Below are positions 53,686-62,593 of a DNA stretch of 64,000 bases, in pieces. Every line of letters starts with the position of its first letter. Within the stretch, counting starts at the first letter, position 1. The notes under the pieces were generated by a model that worked only from the letters and a program-made list of their open reading frames with translations, did no database searches and was not told where the DNA came from. A program made the position numbers and the translations under genes. The DNA comes from an uncultured Gammaproteobacteria bacterium (GTDB lineage Bacteria > Patescibacteriota > Microgenomatia > Levybacterales > UBA12049), in assembly GCA_964416445.1 (NCBI GenBank), contig CAYQEE010000002.1, forward strand, positions 42,691 to 106,690, read 5' to 3'.

Positions 53686-55467
53686 TTATTTTTTTCCTTG
53701 GCTTTTATACATTTCAATCAATTCAGTAACTGTAGTTGCATCTTCTGCCTTTTTATCCTTATCTCGAAAAGAAACTAAACGAGGGAATCGCAACGCATAC
53801 CCAGCTTCAGCTCCATCTTTCCCCGCAGTATGAATTGGACTCCTAGTAATTTCATCTGCTAAAACTTCAATAACTATTCCAGGTTTTACCCATACCGAAG
53901 GAATAATAAGTGATTCTACTCTTGCAGGTTTATGATCAATTTCTAATCCTTTTGTTTTTACTTTAATACTCTGCCACTCTTCATCACTTAAACCGGTACC
54001 AATTTTAGAAACAGTTACGAAAGTATCTTTCTTCTTGTCATAGACACCTACGAGTAATGCACCTGCTCCAAACGCTGTCCGTTTTCCCTTTCCATAAATG
54101 TACCCTAAAACAACACAATCAATTGTATCTTTTAACTCACCTGTGGAATGACGTTTTAATTTAACCCAGTTAAAATTTCTCCCTCCTGCTTCGTATTTAC
54201 TTGATAACTTTTTTACGACAAGACCTTCAAGCCCCTTACTAATTGAATCTTCTAGCAAAAGCATAAGTTTTTTAGGATCATTTACCGTTTGGTTTTTTGC
54301 AGGAATAAGAGTTTCGGTAGGATGAATCGTATGTTTTAAAATTTCCAAACGTTCCGTAAGTGGTTTATCAATTAGCGACTCTCCATTTTTATATAAAATA
54401 TCAAAAACAAATGCTCTCAAGGGTAACTCTTTTGCAAGTTCTTCAATATTGTATTTCCGACGGCGTTTCGTTGTTTCTTGAAAAGGCAAAAATTCTTCCG
54501 ATGCTGGATTGTAAGCCATTGCTTCAGAATCAATAATTGCTGTATCTGCTTTAATCTCATTTCTCGCTCCTTCAATTAATTCAGGAAACATAGGAGTCAT
54601 ATTTTCAAGATTTCGAGAAAAAATAGAGATATGGTCGCCATTTTTATGAATTTGAGCTCTGAATCCATCATATTTTGACTGAACATCAACTTCGACCATT
54701 TTTTCAATTACTTTTTCCGGAGTCGGAAGACGCTCGCATAATTCCGATCGTATTGGCTTACCAACTTGCACGCGTAATGATTCAACTTCTTTGACTGCTT
54801 TTCGAGAATCTGCATGAAGCCAAAGTGTTTTACCGATAAGTCCTAAATCAGATGTTCTATTGTAAGCTGACTCGAGTAATTTCCTTTGAGACTTGTCGCC
54901 TAATTTAGCTTTTGCAAGCGCGTCAAGTATTGTTGGATCCCCTATTCCTAACCGTAAATTTCCTAAAGGTATTCTTACTAAATATTTAGCAGAAACAAAA
55001 TCTACTCGTTTTAATAAATTTGCGAAAGAATTGATTTTTTTCTCAATAGTACCGTCTCCACTCATTTTTGCTATCGCAGTAAGTATCTCTACTACTTCTT
55101 GAATCGTAATATTTGACGAGTTCTTTGAATGTGCGGCAAATTTCCCTACAGTTAATCCCATATCTCCAAGTTTGACGTATGTGTTCCAAACTTCTTCTGG
55201 CGATTCATTATAAGCAAGAGCAATTGCTTTAGCTACAGTCTTCTCAGCCATACCAATTTCCAGCGCTTCAAAGAAAGGTACAATTCTTCCTTGAACTAAA
55301 TAACAAATCTTTTCTACTTCTTCTGGTGATTTTACATGAGAAAATAATTTAGAAAGTATATCAATGAGAGCTAGTCGTGAAGATGTTTTTTCTAATTTTT
55401 CAAAATATTCTGAAAGTTTGGCAAATTGCATAAGTTTATTTTCCTTTAATAACTTTGAGATGAACAA
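53686..55467 (-). CDS. lig: ATP-dependent DNA ligase (archaeal/eukaryal type with N-terminal DNA-binding domain)
   Basis: Adenylation motif I KYDGFRAQIH. OB-fold region. 593 aa. Confidence 0.85.
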   Translation of the reverse strand: MFISKLLKENKLMQFAKLSEYFEKLEKTSSRLALIDILSKLFSHVKSPEEVEKICYLVQGRIVPFFEALEIGMAEKTVAKAIALAYNESPEEVWNTYVKLGDMGLTVGKFAAHSKNSSNITIQEVVEILTAIAKMSGDGTIEKKINSFANLLKRVDFVSAKYLVRIPLGNLRLGIGDPTILDALAKAKLGDKSQRKLLESAYNRTSDLGLIGKTLWLHADSRKAVKEVESLRVQVGKPIRSELCERLPTPEKVIEKMVEVDVQSKYDGFRAQIHKNGDHISIFSRNLENMTPMFPELIEGARNEIKADTAIIDSEAMAYNPASEEFLPFQETTKRRRKYNIEELAKELPLRAFVFDILYKNGESLIDKPLTERLEILKHTIHPTETLIPAKNQTVNDPKKLMLLLEDSISKGLEGLVVKKLSSKYEAGGRNFNWVKLKRHSTGELKDTIDCVVLGYIYGKGKRTAFGAGALLVGVYDKKKDTFVTVSKIGTGLSDEEWQSIKVKTKGLEIDHKPARVESLIIPSVWVKPGIVIEVLADEITRSPIHTAGKDGAEAGYALRFPRLVSFRDKDKKAEDATTVTELIEMYKSQGKK

Positions 55468-55501
55468 TACTATACATGATCTTGAATGGTATATACAAGA
55501 A

Positions 55502-56554
55502 TTATGACATTACATACTTAACCCCTTTAGTTACTCCATGTTTTTTAATAATTCCTGCTTTGATTAATGCTTGAAGGTCTAATAAAACACTATCTTCAGA
55601 AATCATCGGAAATAATAGTCTAAAAGCTTTATTCTCCAAATAACCTATTTTTTGAATATATTCAATAATCTTCAACTGTCTTTCAGAAAGCATCAAAGGT
55701 TGACCGCCTAACTTCTCTTTCAATTTTACATCTACTGAGACGCTTTCAACCTTTTCTTTAATTTTTGTTAATTCTATTGCTAGTCCTTCAGTGAAGTAAC
55801 TAAGCCATTTGGTTAAATCTCCATCATGTCTTTCGACACTTTGTAAGCTTTCATAATATCGATTTGCATCCATATCAAAGTATTCTTCAAGAGAAAAAAA
55901 TTTCCGAATATCATATCCTTCTTCAAATAAAATAAGTGTGGAAAGTGCACGGGCAACTCTTCCATTGCCGTCAACAAAAGGATGAATACGAACTAATTCA
56001 TAATGAACAATACCACTCTTCAAAACAATATGAACTTCATTTTCACCCATTGTATTAATAAATTCTATTAAGTCAGTAATTTGAAGTGGTACTGCCAAAG
56101 CAAGAGGAGGCCGAAAAACAACATCCCCACTCATATTATTTTTTATAACCACTTGTGTACTACGATATACCCCACACGTCTCTGGAGGTAAAATCTTTTC
56201 CACGGTAAGTTTATGAAGGTATAACAGTAAATCTTCTGTAATCTTTTTTTCTTTACTTTCGCTTCTCCATTTTCCAATATACTCAATTACTTTACGATAA
56301 TTAATTACTTCTTGAATATCCCGTTCCCTAGCAACTACTGACTGTCCTAGAACTACTCTTTCAGCTTGGGATAGATCTAGCTCATTTCCTTCGATATGCG
56401 TACCATAATGTACCGATCGAATTAATGCTTCATTTTGAAACTTTTTTTCATAATATGGCAATAACGGAGCGTGCCTAATTACTTCTCGACATGCTTCTAT
56501 TATTCCTATGTTTCTTAATATATTATTGGTAATAGTAAACTTTGGAGTATACAT
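55502..56554 (-). CDS. Fic/Doc family protein (AMPylation-type) with C-terminal wHTH
   Basis: Fic motif HPFVDGNGRVARAL. 350 aa. Confidence 0.85.
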   Translation of the reverse strand: MYTPKFTITNNILRNIGIIEACREVIRHAPLLPYYEKKFQNEALIRSVHYGTHIEGNELDLSQAERVVLGQSVVARERDIQEVINYRKVIEYIGKWRSESKEKKITEDLLLYLHKLTVEKILPPETCGVYRSTQVVIKNNMSGDVVFRPPLALAVPLQITDLIEFINTMGENEVHIVLKSGIVHYELVRIHPFVDGNGRVARALSTLILFEEGYDIRKFFSLEEYFDMDANRYYESLQSVERHDGDLTKWLSYFTEGLAIELTKIKEKVESVSVDVKLKEKLGGQPLMLSERQLKIIEYIQKIGYLENKAFRLLFPMISEDSVLLDLQALIKAGIIKKHGVTKGVKYVMS

Positions 56555-56583
56555 AGTTTATAAATTATTTTGACTTTCCACAG

Positions 56584-56889
56584 ATGAGTTTTTATAATTA
56601 TAACCCTATGGTTACAAAAAAACAAAAAATAATTACAAAGAAAGCAAAAAGAAAGGTACTTCCTGTAGAAGTAGTACGTCAAATGCTGACATTGGCAACG
56701 AGTGGCTTTGGATTAGTTGCTGCACTTGCTTGGAATAATGTCATTCAAGAATTAGTTAATAACTATGTGAAAAAATTCTTACCAAGCGGCAGTGGCATTA
56801 TTTCTCTCTTGCTTTATGCTGTTGTCGTAACTTTCATTGCCGTATTAATCACTATGGAATTATCCCAATTTGTTGAAAAACTAGAATGA
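56584..56889 (+). CDS. Small membrane protein (101 aa, basic N-terminus, 2 TM)
   Basis: ORF. Divergent from fic. Confidence 0.4.
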   Translation: MSFYNYNPMVTKKQKIITKKAKRKVLPVEVVRQMLTLATSGFGLVAALAWNNVIQELVNNYVKKFLPSGSGIISLLLYAVVVTFIAVLITMELSQFVEKLE

Positions 56890-56905
56890 AGATGTCGCGA
56901 AAAGC

Positions 56906-57790
56906 TTATGATTCCTGAATCAGATATTGCTTCATTACTTTTGGAATATCATTAACAAGTTCAGTTGCATTAAAATAATACCCTACCTGTTCAAATAACC
57001 TTTCACCTGCCTTTTTATTAAAGAAGCTTGCTGCCTTGGCACTTAGAAAAGGTTCGTTTTTAGTATAGAGTGCAGCTGTTAATCCTGCTAAGACATCACC
57101 TGTTCCTCCCTTTGTCATTCCAGCATTTCCTCCCTTTATTACAACGCAATCATTGGTATGACAAACAATATCAGTTTCACCCTTTAATAAAAGGGTAGTT
57201 TTATACGTTAAAGCCATGTCACTCACATTTTCAGGTGTAGGTTCCAATGTGAACACTCGTTCAAATTCTTTAGGATGAGGAGTAAGAATTGCCTTACCAT
57301 TGAGAGGCAATAACCATTTTGGATGAAGCATTTGCAAAGCTCCAGCATCAATAACCCATTTTTTATATGGATATTTCTCTAAAAGATATTTTGTTAAAAA
57401 ATAAGATTGTTTTCCTTCATCTTTAAGTTGATTGATTTCAACCAAATGAGTAATAGACTCCGATTCTTTTATTTTCTCATCAGTTCTGACCATTCCAGGT
57501 CCAATAAGAATAGCATCTGCTTCGGAAATATAATCTTCTATATGCTCTCTGGGAATAATAATTCCATTTCTAAAATTCTTTTTGATCTCAAAGACTATTT
57601 TATTATTTTCTGGTACCGAAGCATAAAAAACCATATCAACTATTTTTGATGCTATTTCTAACGCCCATAGTGAGGCTGCATGAAATAAATTCGAACCTCC
57701 AATTATGAGTAATTTACCATTTTGTCCTTTATGAGAATCTGAAGTAGGCAGATAAAGGTTCGTGAGTTCTGATTGATTAAAAACTTTCAT
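56906..57790 (-). CDS. nnrD: ADP-dependent NAD(P)H-hydrate dehydratase (YjeF C-terminal domain, Nnr)
   Basis: GKLLIIGGSNLFHAASLWALE… and …GNAGMTKGGTGDVLAGLTAAL are carbohydrate-kinase-like YjeF_C signatures. Confidence 0.75.
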   Translation of the reverse strand: MKVFNQSELTNLYLPTSDSHKGQNGKLLIIGGSNLFHAASLWALEIASKIVDMVFYASVPENNKIVFEIKKNFRNGIIIPREHIEDYISEADAILIGPGMVRTDEKIKESESITHLVEINQLKDEGKQSYFLTKYLLEKYPYKKWVIDAGALQMLHPKWLLPLNGKAILTPHPKEFERVFTLEPTPENVSDMALTYKTTLLLKGETDIVCHTNDCVVIKGGNAGMTKGGTGDVLAGLTAALYTKNEPFLSAKAASFFNKKAGERLFEQVGYYFNATELVNDIPKVMKQYLIQES

Positions 57791-57841
57791 AAATTAGCAT
57801 AGTTCAATTATGAGAATATGATAGTTATCACACGACGCTTA

Positions 57842-58906
57842 TTACTTTCCTAATTCTATCACAGAACATTCTCCAAGTATTTTCATATTTATAAATTCCT
57901 TGTGGGTGGTTGTCATAATTACTTGTTGGCCAATAATTCGCTTCATTACCAGTTGAATATGTCTTTCGTCTAATTCTGAAAAAATATCATCTAGTACTAA
58001 TAATGGTTTTTGAGAAAGTACAGTTTCTGTGTAATTAATATGAAGCATTTTTAATTGTAAGATCACAAGCCTTTGTTGTCCTCGTGATCCATAATGCTGA
58101 ACATTATGCCATCTACCAATAGAATCCTTCATCTCAATGTAAAAATCATCTCTCTGAGGGCCTACAAGAGTCATGCCAGCATGAATTTCGGCATCTTTAT
58201 ATTGTAATAATCTTTCCTGAGAAATAGTACTCTCGTCATACGTAATCATAAAATCAATAATATCTTTTTTCGCGTTATTAATGAATGAGATAAATGACTC
58301 ACGCTTTTGTGTTAAATAATTACCGTTTGCAATGAGTAAATTATCCCAGTATTGAAATTGTTCCTCTCTTCGCATACCTGTCTCTTTTGCTAAATCTAAC
58401 AAGGCATTTCTTTGTCTCAATGCTTTTTCATAAACTCCCTTTGCAATACGATAATTCTTATCTGCTTGTTCTAAAATATCATCAAGAAAATTACGACGCA
58501 TTGATGGACCATCGACAATAATATCCAATTCTTCAGGACGAAATAGAACCACGGGAAGAAATCCAATAAAATTACTTCGCGTTCGAGATACTCCATTTAC
58601 CAGATATTTTTTGGTAAACCTCCCTCCCGTTGCTGTACCATTTGCAACCATAATTTCCAATGTATCAATTTGAGAATTATGATTTACTAATGCTTTAATC
58701 CACGCAACTTCCTGTTCAAATCGAATAATTTCTGTTTCTTTCTCCGCACGAAAACTTTTCCCAAGAGCAAGGAGCATGATAGATTCAACAAGATTCGTTT
58801 TTCCTGCGGTATTAGGACCAACAATTACGGTAATTGGAGTTGTAAATTCAAATACTTTTTGAGGATAACTTCGAAAGTTTTGGAGGGCAAGTTTCTCAAG
58901 CAACAT
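57842..58906 (-). CDS. recF: DNA replication/repair protein RecF
   Basis: MLLEKLALQNFRSYP…GPNTAGKTNLVESI (Walker A). SMC-like signature region. 354 aa. Confidence 0.85.
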   Translation of the reverse strand: MLLEKLALQNFRSYPQKVFEFTTPITVIVGPNTAGKTNLVESIMLLALGKSFRAEKETEIIRFEQEVAWIKALVNHNSQIDTLEIMVANGTATGGRFTKKYLVNGVSRTRSNFIGFLPVVLFRPEELDIIVDGPSMRRNFLDDILEQADKNYRIAKGVYEKALRQRNALLDLAKETGMRREEQFQYWDNLLIANGNYLTQKRESFISFINNAKKDIIDFMITYDESTISQERLLQYKDAEIHAGMTLVGPQRDDFYIEMKDSIGRWHNVQHYGSRGQQRLVILQLKMLHINYTETVLSQKPLLVLDDIFSELDERHIQLVMKRIIGQQVIMTTTHKEFINMKILGECSVIELGK

Positions 58907-59613
58907 TATTCAATGACAGTACCAACAAATTCCTTCCCTGCTAAATAATTTTCAACATTTGAGAAATCGTCCCCGCTCATAACAACAACTCTCACACCTA
59001 ATTCTTGCGCTTTTTTTGCAGCTATTGGATCAAATGGAGCGTGCATGCCTGGATCCCATGAATCTCCAACAAGTTCTCGGAGATGATCCCATGACATATG
59101 TTTGAAAGCCTTTGCATCAGGAAATTTTTTGGGATCTCTATCATAAACTTGTTTTATATTACTCAGATTAATAACTGTCTTCACATTATAGTCCTGGCAA
59201 AGCAAGATAGCATCATAATCGGTAGAACATCCAGGCTTCCAACCAGCAGCTACGATAACTTGTTCATTAACTTTTCGAATAATCTCATAATGTTTTAAAA
59301 CATATGGGTGGGCAATATCACGAAATATTGTTCGAACAAGATGGGCATTCAACTTAGTCGCATGAATACCTAACCAATCTAAGTCATCAAGGGTAAGCTC
59401 ATGCCCAACAACATCTCTCCCAGCATCACGATAGTGTCTCGCGAGAGCTCCTCCACCGATAACAAGGAAAAATTGTTTTTGTGAGTTTTTTTTTAATTGA
59501 TCTCGAATAAACGTATTTAATTCTTTAAGGAAATCAGTACTTATACCGCCATTAGGAACAACTAATGATCCTCCTATGGAAAAAATTATTTTTTCTTTAT
59601 ATCCAGTATTCAT
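58906..59613 (-). CDS. pyrH: Uridylate (UMP) kinase, archaeal-type short form
   Basis: Collinear with the Pyrococcus UMPK pattern: IIFSIGGSLVVPN ~ IVFDIGGSVLVPE; LVIGGGALARHY ~ VVVGGGKLARKY; AAGWKPGCSTDYDA…YDRDPKKFP ~ MGGTHPGHTTDAVA…YTADPKKDP. Confidence 0.7.
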   Translation of the reverse strand: MNTGYKEKIIFSIGGSLVVPNGGISTDFLKELNTFIRDQLKKNSQKQFFLVIGGGALARHYRDAGRDVVGHELTLDDLDWLGIHATKLNAHLVRTIFRDIAHPYVLKHYEIIRKVNEQVIVAAGWKPGCSTDYDAILLCQDYNVKTVINLSNIKQVYDRDPKKFPDAKAFKHMSWDHLRELVGDSWDPGMHAPFDPIAAKKAQELGVRVVVMSGDDFSNVENYLAGKEFVGTVIE

Positions 59614-59674
59614 GAAATATAACCCCTATTGTAACGTAAAGGAAGAGACAAATGCAAGAAAATTCAATTAATTT

Positions 59675-60505
59675 TTACTTCTGACATTTCCCACAATAGT
59701 ATGTTCCCCGTCCTCCCAAAAAAAATTTTTGTATAATTTCACCGTCATACATACACGCTGTTCCCTTTTTACCATAAATTAATGTGTGATTTTGGTAATT
59801 TCCTTTTTCACCTAACACATTGACAAAATTACGTTCACTCGCCCCTCCTTCTTCCAATCCTTTTATTAAAACCGATTCAATAGCCTTAAGTAACTTACTT
59901 GCCTCTTTTTCAGACAGAGAATTAGCTTGTCTCTTTGGATGAATTTGTGCTAAGTAAAGTGCATCATTTGCATAGATATTCCCAATTCCTGCAATTGTAT
60001 TTTGATCCATAAGTACCAACTTAATAGCTGTTTTTGATTTCGAGATAATGTTCATGAATACTGGATATGTGAGGTTTTTCAGTGGTTCCGGCCCAAGTGT
60101 TTTAAAAAAGATTATAGTATCTATTTTGTTGGTTTTTACTACTTTTATCCAACCAAATCTCCTTTGGTCATTATAATAAAGCTTAGCATTTCTATCTAAG
60201 AGAAAGGTAATATGAGTATATTTTGTCGGTGGTTCATCCAAAAGAGAGATTGTTTTAATCTTGGGACTCTTATATATTAGCTGTCCTGTCATTTTGATAT
60301 GTATTGCTAAAGAATATCCATTATCCAAATCAACAATGAGTCCTTTTCCAAACCGACGTATTCGAAATATTGTTGCACTTTTTACCAGATAAGGATCTCC
60401 ATGAAACAGCTTTGTTTGTGTAATTATTATTTCACTAATTTTATGTCCAACAATATACGTTTCTAAACCTCTTCGAATTGTTTCCACTTCGGGTAATTCA
60501 GGCAT
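59675..60505 (-). CDS. mutM: Formamidopyrimidine-DNA glycosylase (Fpg/MutM/Nei family)
   Basis: N-terminal MPELPEVETIRRGL (catalytic Pro2/Glu3). H2TH region. C-terminal zinc finger …CGKCQK. Confidence 0.85.
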   Translation of the reverse strand: MPELPEVETIRRGLETYIVGHKISEIIITQTKLFHGDPYLVKSATIFRIRRFGKGLIVDLDNGYSLAIHIKMTGQLIYKSPKIKTISLLDEPPTKYTHITFLLDRNAKLYYNDQRRFGWIKVVKTNKIDTIIFFKTLGPEPLKNLTYPVFMNIISKSKTAIKLVLMDQNTIAGIGNIYANDALYLAQIHPKRQANSLSEKEASKLLKAIESVLIKGLEEGGASERNFVNVLGEKGNYQNHTLIYGKKGTACMYDGEIIQKFFLGGRGTYYCGKCQK

Positions 60506-60550
60506 GGTGGCATTGTATCATTCTTTTCCATGAGAAAATATTCATTTACT

Positions 60551-61684
60551 TTATCTCTGTTGTAAGTAGATAATATTCTTGATTTTTTCAGCAAATTTTT
60601 TACTTGAGAATTTTTCTGCCTGTTCTATACAATCTTGCGAACGTATTGTGCTCTTTTCAAATTGCGAAATGGCATTGTTCAGACTTTCTTCTGATAATTC
60701 ATGGAAAAATATACCTGTTTTACCAGCAATTACAGTTTCTTTAACACCTCCTGAATAATAAGCAATAACAGGAATACCTGCAGCCATTGCCTCAACCGGA
60801 ATAATACCAAAATCTTCATCTTCAGCTGCAAAGAAAAAAGCTTTTGCTTCTTTCATTAATTCAATTTTTTTGCTATCAGAAATTTCGCCTAAGAATTCCA
60901 CGGTGTTCCCGGCAATTCTATGTAATTCTTCTCCATATCCTGCAAAACCTTTTCCAAATACTTTTAACGGAATATTCTGTTTTGAACAAACTCGAACAAT
61001 AAGGTCAATATGCTTTGGTCTTGCTAGTCTTCCTCCTGCTAGATAAAAATTTCCATTACCTCGAGTTACCTGTTGCTGTGCAAATTGTTGAAGTTCTATC
61101 GGCGGATAAATTACTACCGCATCTTTTTTATAAAATTTTTTTATTCGTTCTGCAACATTTTTTGAATTTGCAATATATGTATCGACATTTTGAGATGCTT
61201 TGAAGTCAACAATTCGTAAGAAATGACTCATTAATAACAACCCGAACTTCATGAATGAATTTTTTTTCGTCTCTCGCGCTGTTGCATATCCATACAGGTA
61301 TCGCGGGGGTGTATGACAATAACAGATAAGGTTTGCAGATTTTTTATTTATACAATTTGGATTATATGCACCAGTAGCTGAAACGAGAATAATATTGAAA
61401 TGAGAGAAATTGAATTGTGAGAAAACAAATGGTGCTATTATTCGAAAAATACTAATAAATTTGTAACTGAATGGTACATATTGTAAAAACGAAGTTTTAA
61501 TTTTCCAGTTTTTAAATCGAGCTTTATGTGGTCCTAAAAAATTTGGAGCATACAGTAGCGTGTATACTGGCGCATCGGGGTACATCATATGAAGCTCTTC
61601 GAGTACTCTTTCCGCTCCGCCATATTCCTTAATATAATCGTGAACTAAAGCTATTTTTAATTGTTGAGACATGGTATTAAACAC
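60551..61684 (-). CDS. Family 4 (GT-B) glycosyltransferase
   Basis: C-terminal EX7E-type region EDFGIIPVEAMAAGIPVIAYYSGGVKETV. Confidence 0.75.
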   Translation of the reverse strand: MFNTMSQQLKIALVHDYIKEYGGAERVLEELHMMYPDAPVYTLLYAPNFLGPHKARFKNWKIKTSFLQYVPFSYKFISIFRIIAPFVFSQFNFSHFNIILVSATGAYNPNCINKKSANLICYCHTPPRYLYGYATARETKKNSFMKFGLLLMSHFLRIVDFKASQNVDTYIANSKNVAERIKKFYKKDAVVIYPPIELQQFAQQQVTRGNGNFYLAGGRLARPKHIDLIVRVCSKQNIPLKVFGKGFAGYGEELHRIAGNTVEFLGEISDSKKIELMKEAKAFFFAAEDEDFGIIPVEAMAAGIPVIAYYSGGVKETVIAGKTGIFFHELSEESLNNAISQFEKSTIRSQDCIEQAEKFSSKKFAEKIKNIIYLQQR

Positions 61685-62531
61685 GCAAAAAAATTCCCTT
61701 TGATTTTTCTAAGAAATCATCATAATGATTCATTAACTTGCGTAATACGGAAGGAAATGAAGGGAAAACAAAATCATCAATTTGATGAATTGGTAAAATT
61801 TTTGCACTTGTACTAGTAAAAAAAGCTGCATCATATTCTTTTAACTGAGAAAGAGATATATCCCACTCTTCAATGGAAAAACCTTTTTCTTTAGCAACAG
61901 CAATGACTGTTTGCCTGGTTACTCCATCAAGAATAGTTTTTTTGGGAGCAGTATATAAAACACGATCTTTCATTGTAAAAAAATTTGTTCGGGTTCCTTC
62001 AAGTATGTTACCATGACGATTTAGCAACAGTGCATCATAACAGTTTTTATCTTTTGCTTTTTTATATGCCAAGTAGCTTGGTAACATGTTTAATGTTTTT
62101 GCATTTGGAAAAAGCCGTTCATACTGAATCGTAATTGACGTAACACCCTGCGCATAGAATTTTCTCTGAGGATAATATGGAGCTAATGGAAGCATAAATA
62201 ATTGTGCGTTATCCTTTTTTTCCCCTCCAATAAGGATTATTTTGATATTAAATGATTCTCCATACACTGTATCAACCAATTGTTGTAGATAAAATCCTAA
62301 AGTATCGATCTCATAAGGGTGGTCAAGTTCTATGATTTTTGCAGATTGTATAAGTCTTTCGAGATGTTGCTGTGAAAAATACACTATTCCATTTCGAACT
62401 TTAAGCGTTTCATAAACTCCAAAACCGTACTGATATTCTATGTTCGTTAAAGGAATCACTGATTGATCGAAGGAAAGTAAATTCCCGTTTTTTAGAAAAA
62501 AAGGATATGCCATAAACACATTATACTGCAT
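61677..62531 (-). CDS. Class IV (fold type IV) PLP aminotransferase (D-amino-acid / branched-chain type)
   Basis: GFGVYETLKVRNG…HLERLIQSA and …EGTRTNFFTMKDRVLYTAP signatures. 284 aa. Confidence 0.7.
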   Translation of the reverse strand: MQYNVFMAYPFFLKNGNLLSFDQSVIPLTNIEYQYGFGVYETLKVRNGIVYFSQQHLERLIQSAKIIELDHPYEIDTLGFYLQQLVDTVYGESFNIKIILIGGEKKDNAQLFMLPLAPYYPQRKFYAQGVTSITIQYERLFPNAKTLNMLPSYLAYKKAKDKNCYDALLLNRHGNILEGTRTNFFTMKDRVLYTAPKKTILDGVTRQTVIAVAKEKGFSIEEWDISLSQLKEYDAAFFTSTSAKILPIHQIDDFVFPSFPSVLRKLMNHYDDFLEKSKGIFLRV

Positions 62532-62593
62532 TTACCATAAAGTTAGTCTTTAAGAATACTCTCAATTTCGTTCTTGCTTTTTTCTCAATTGCT

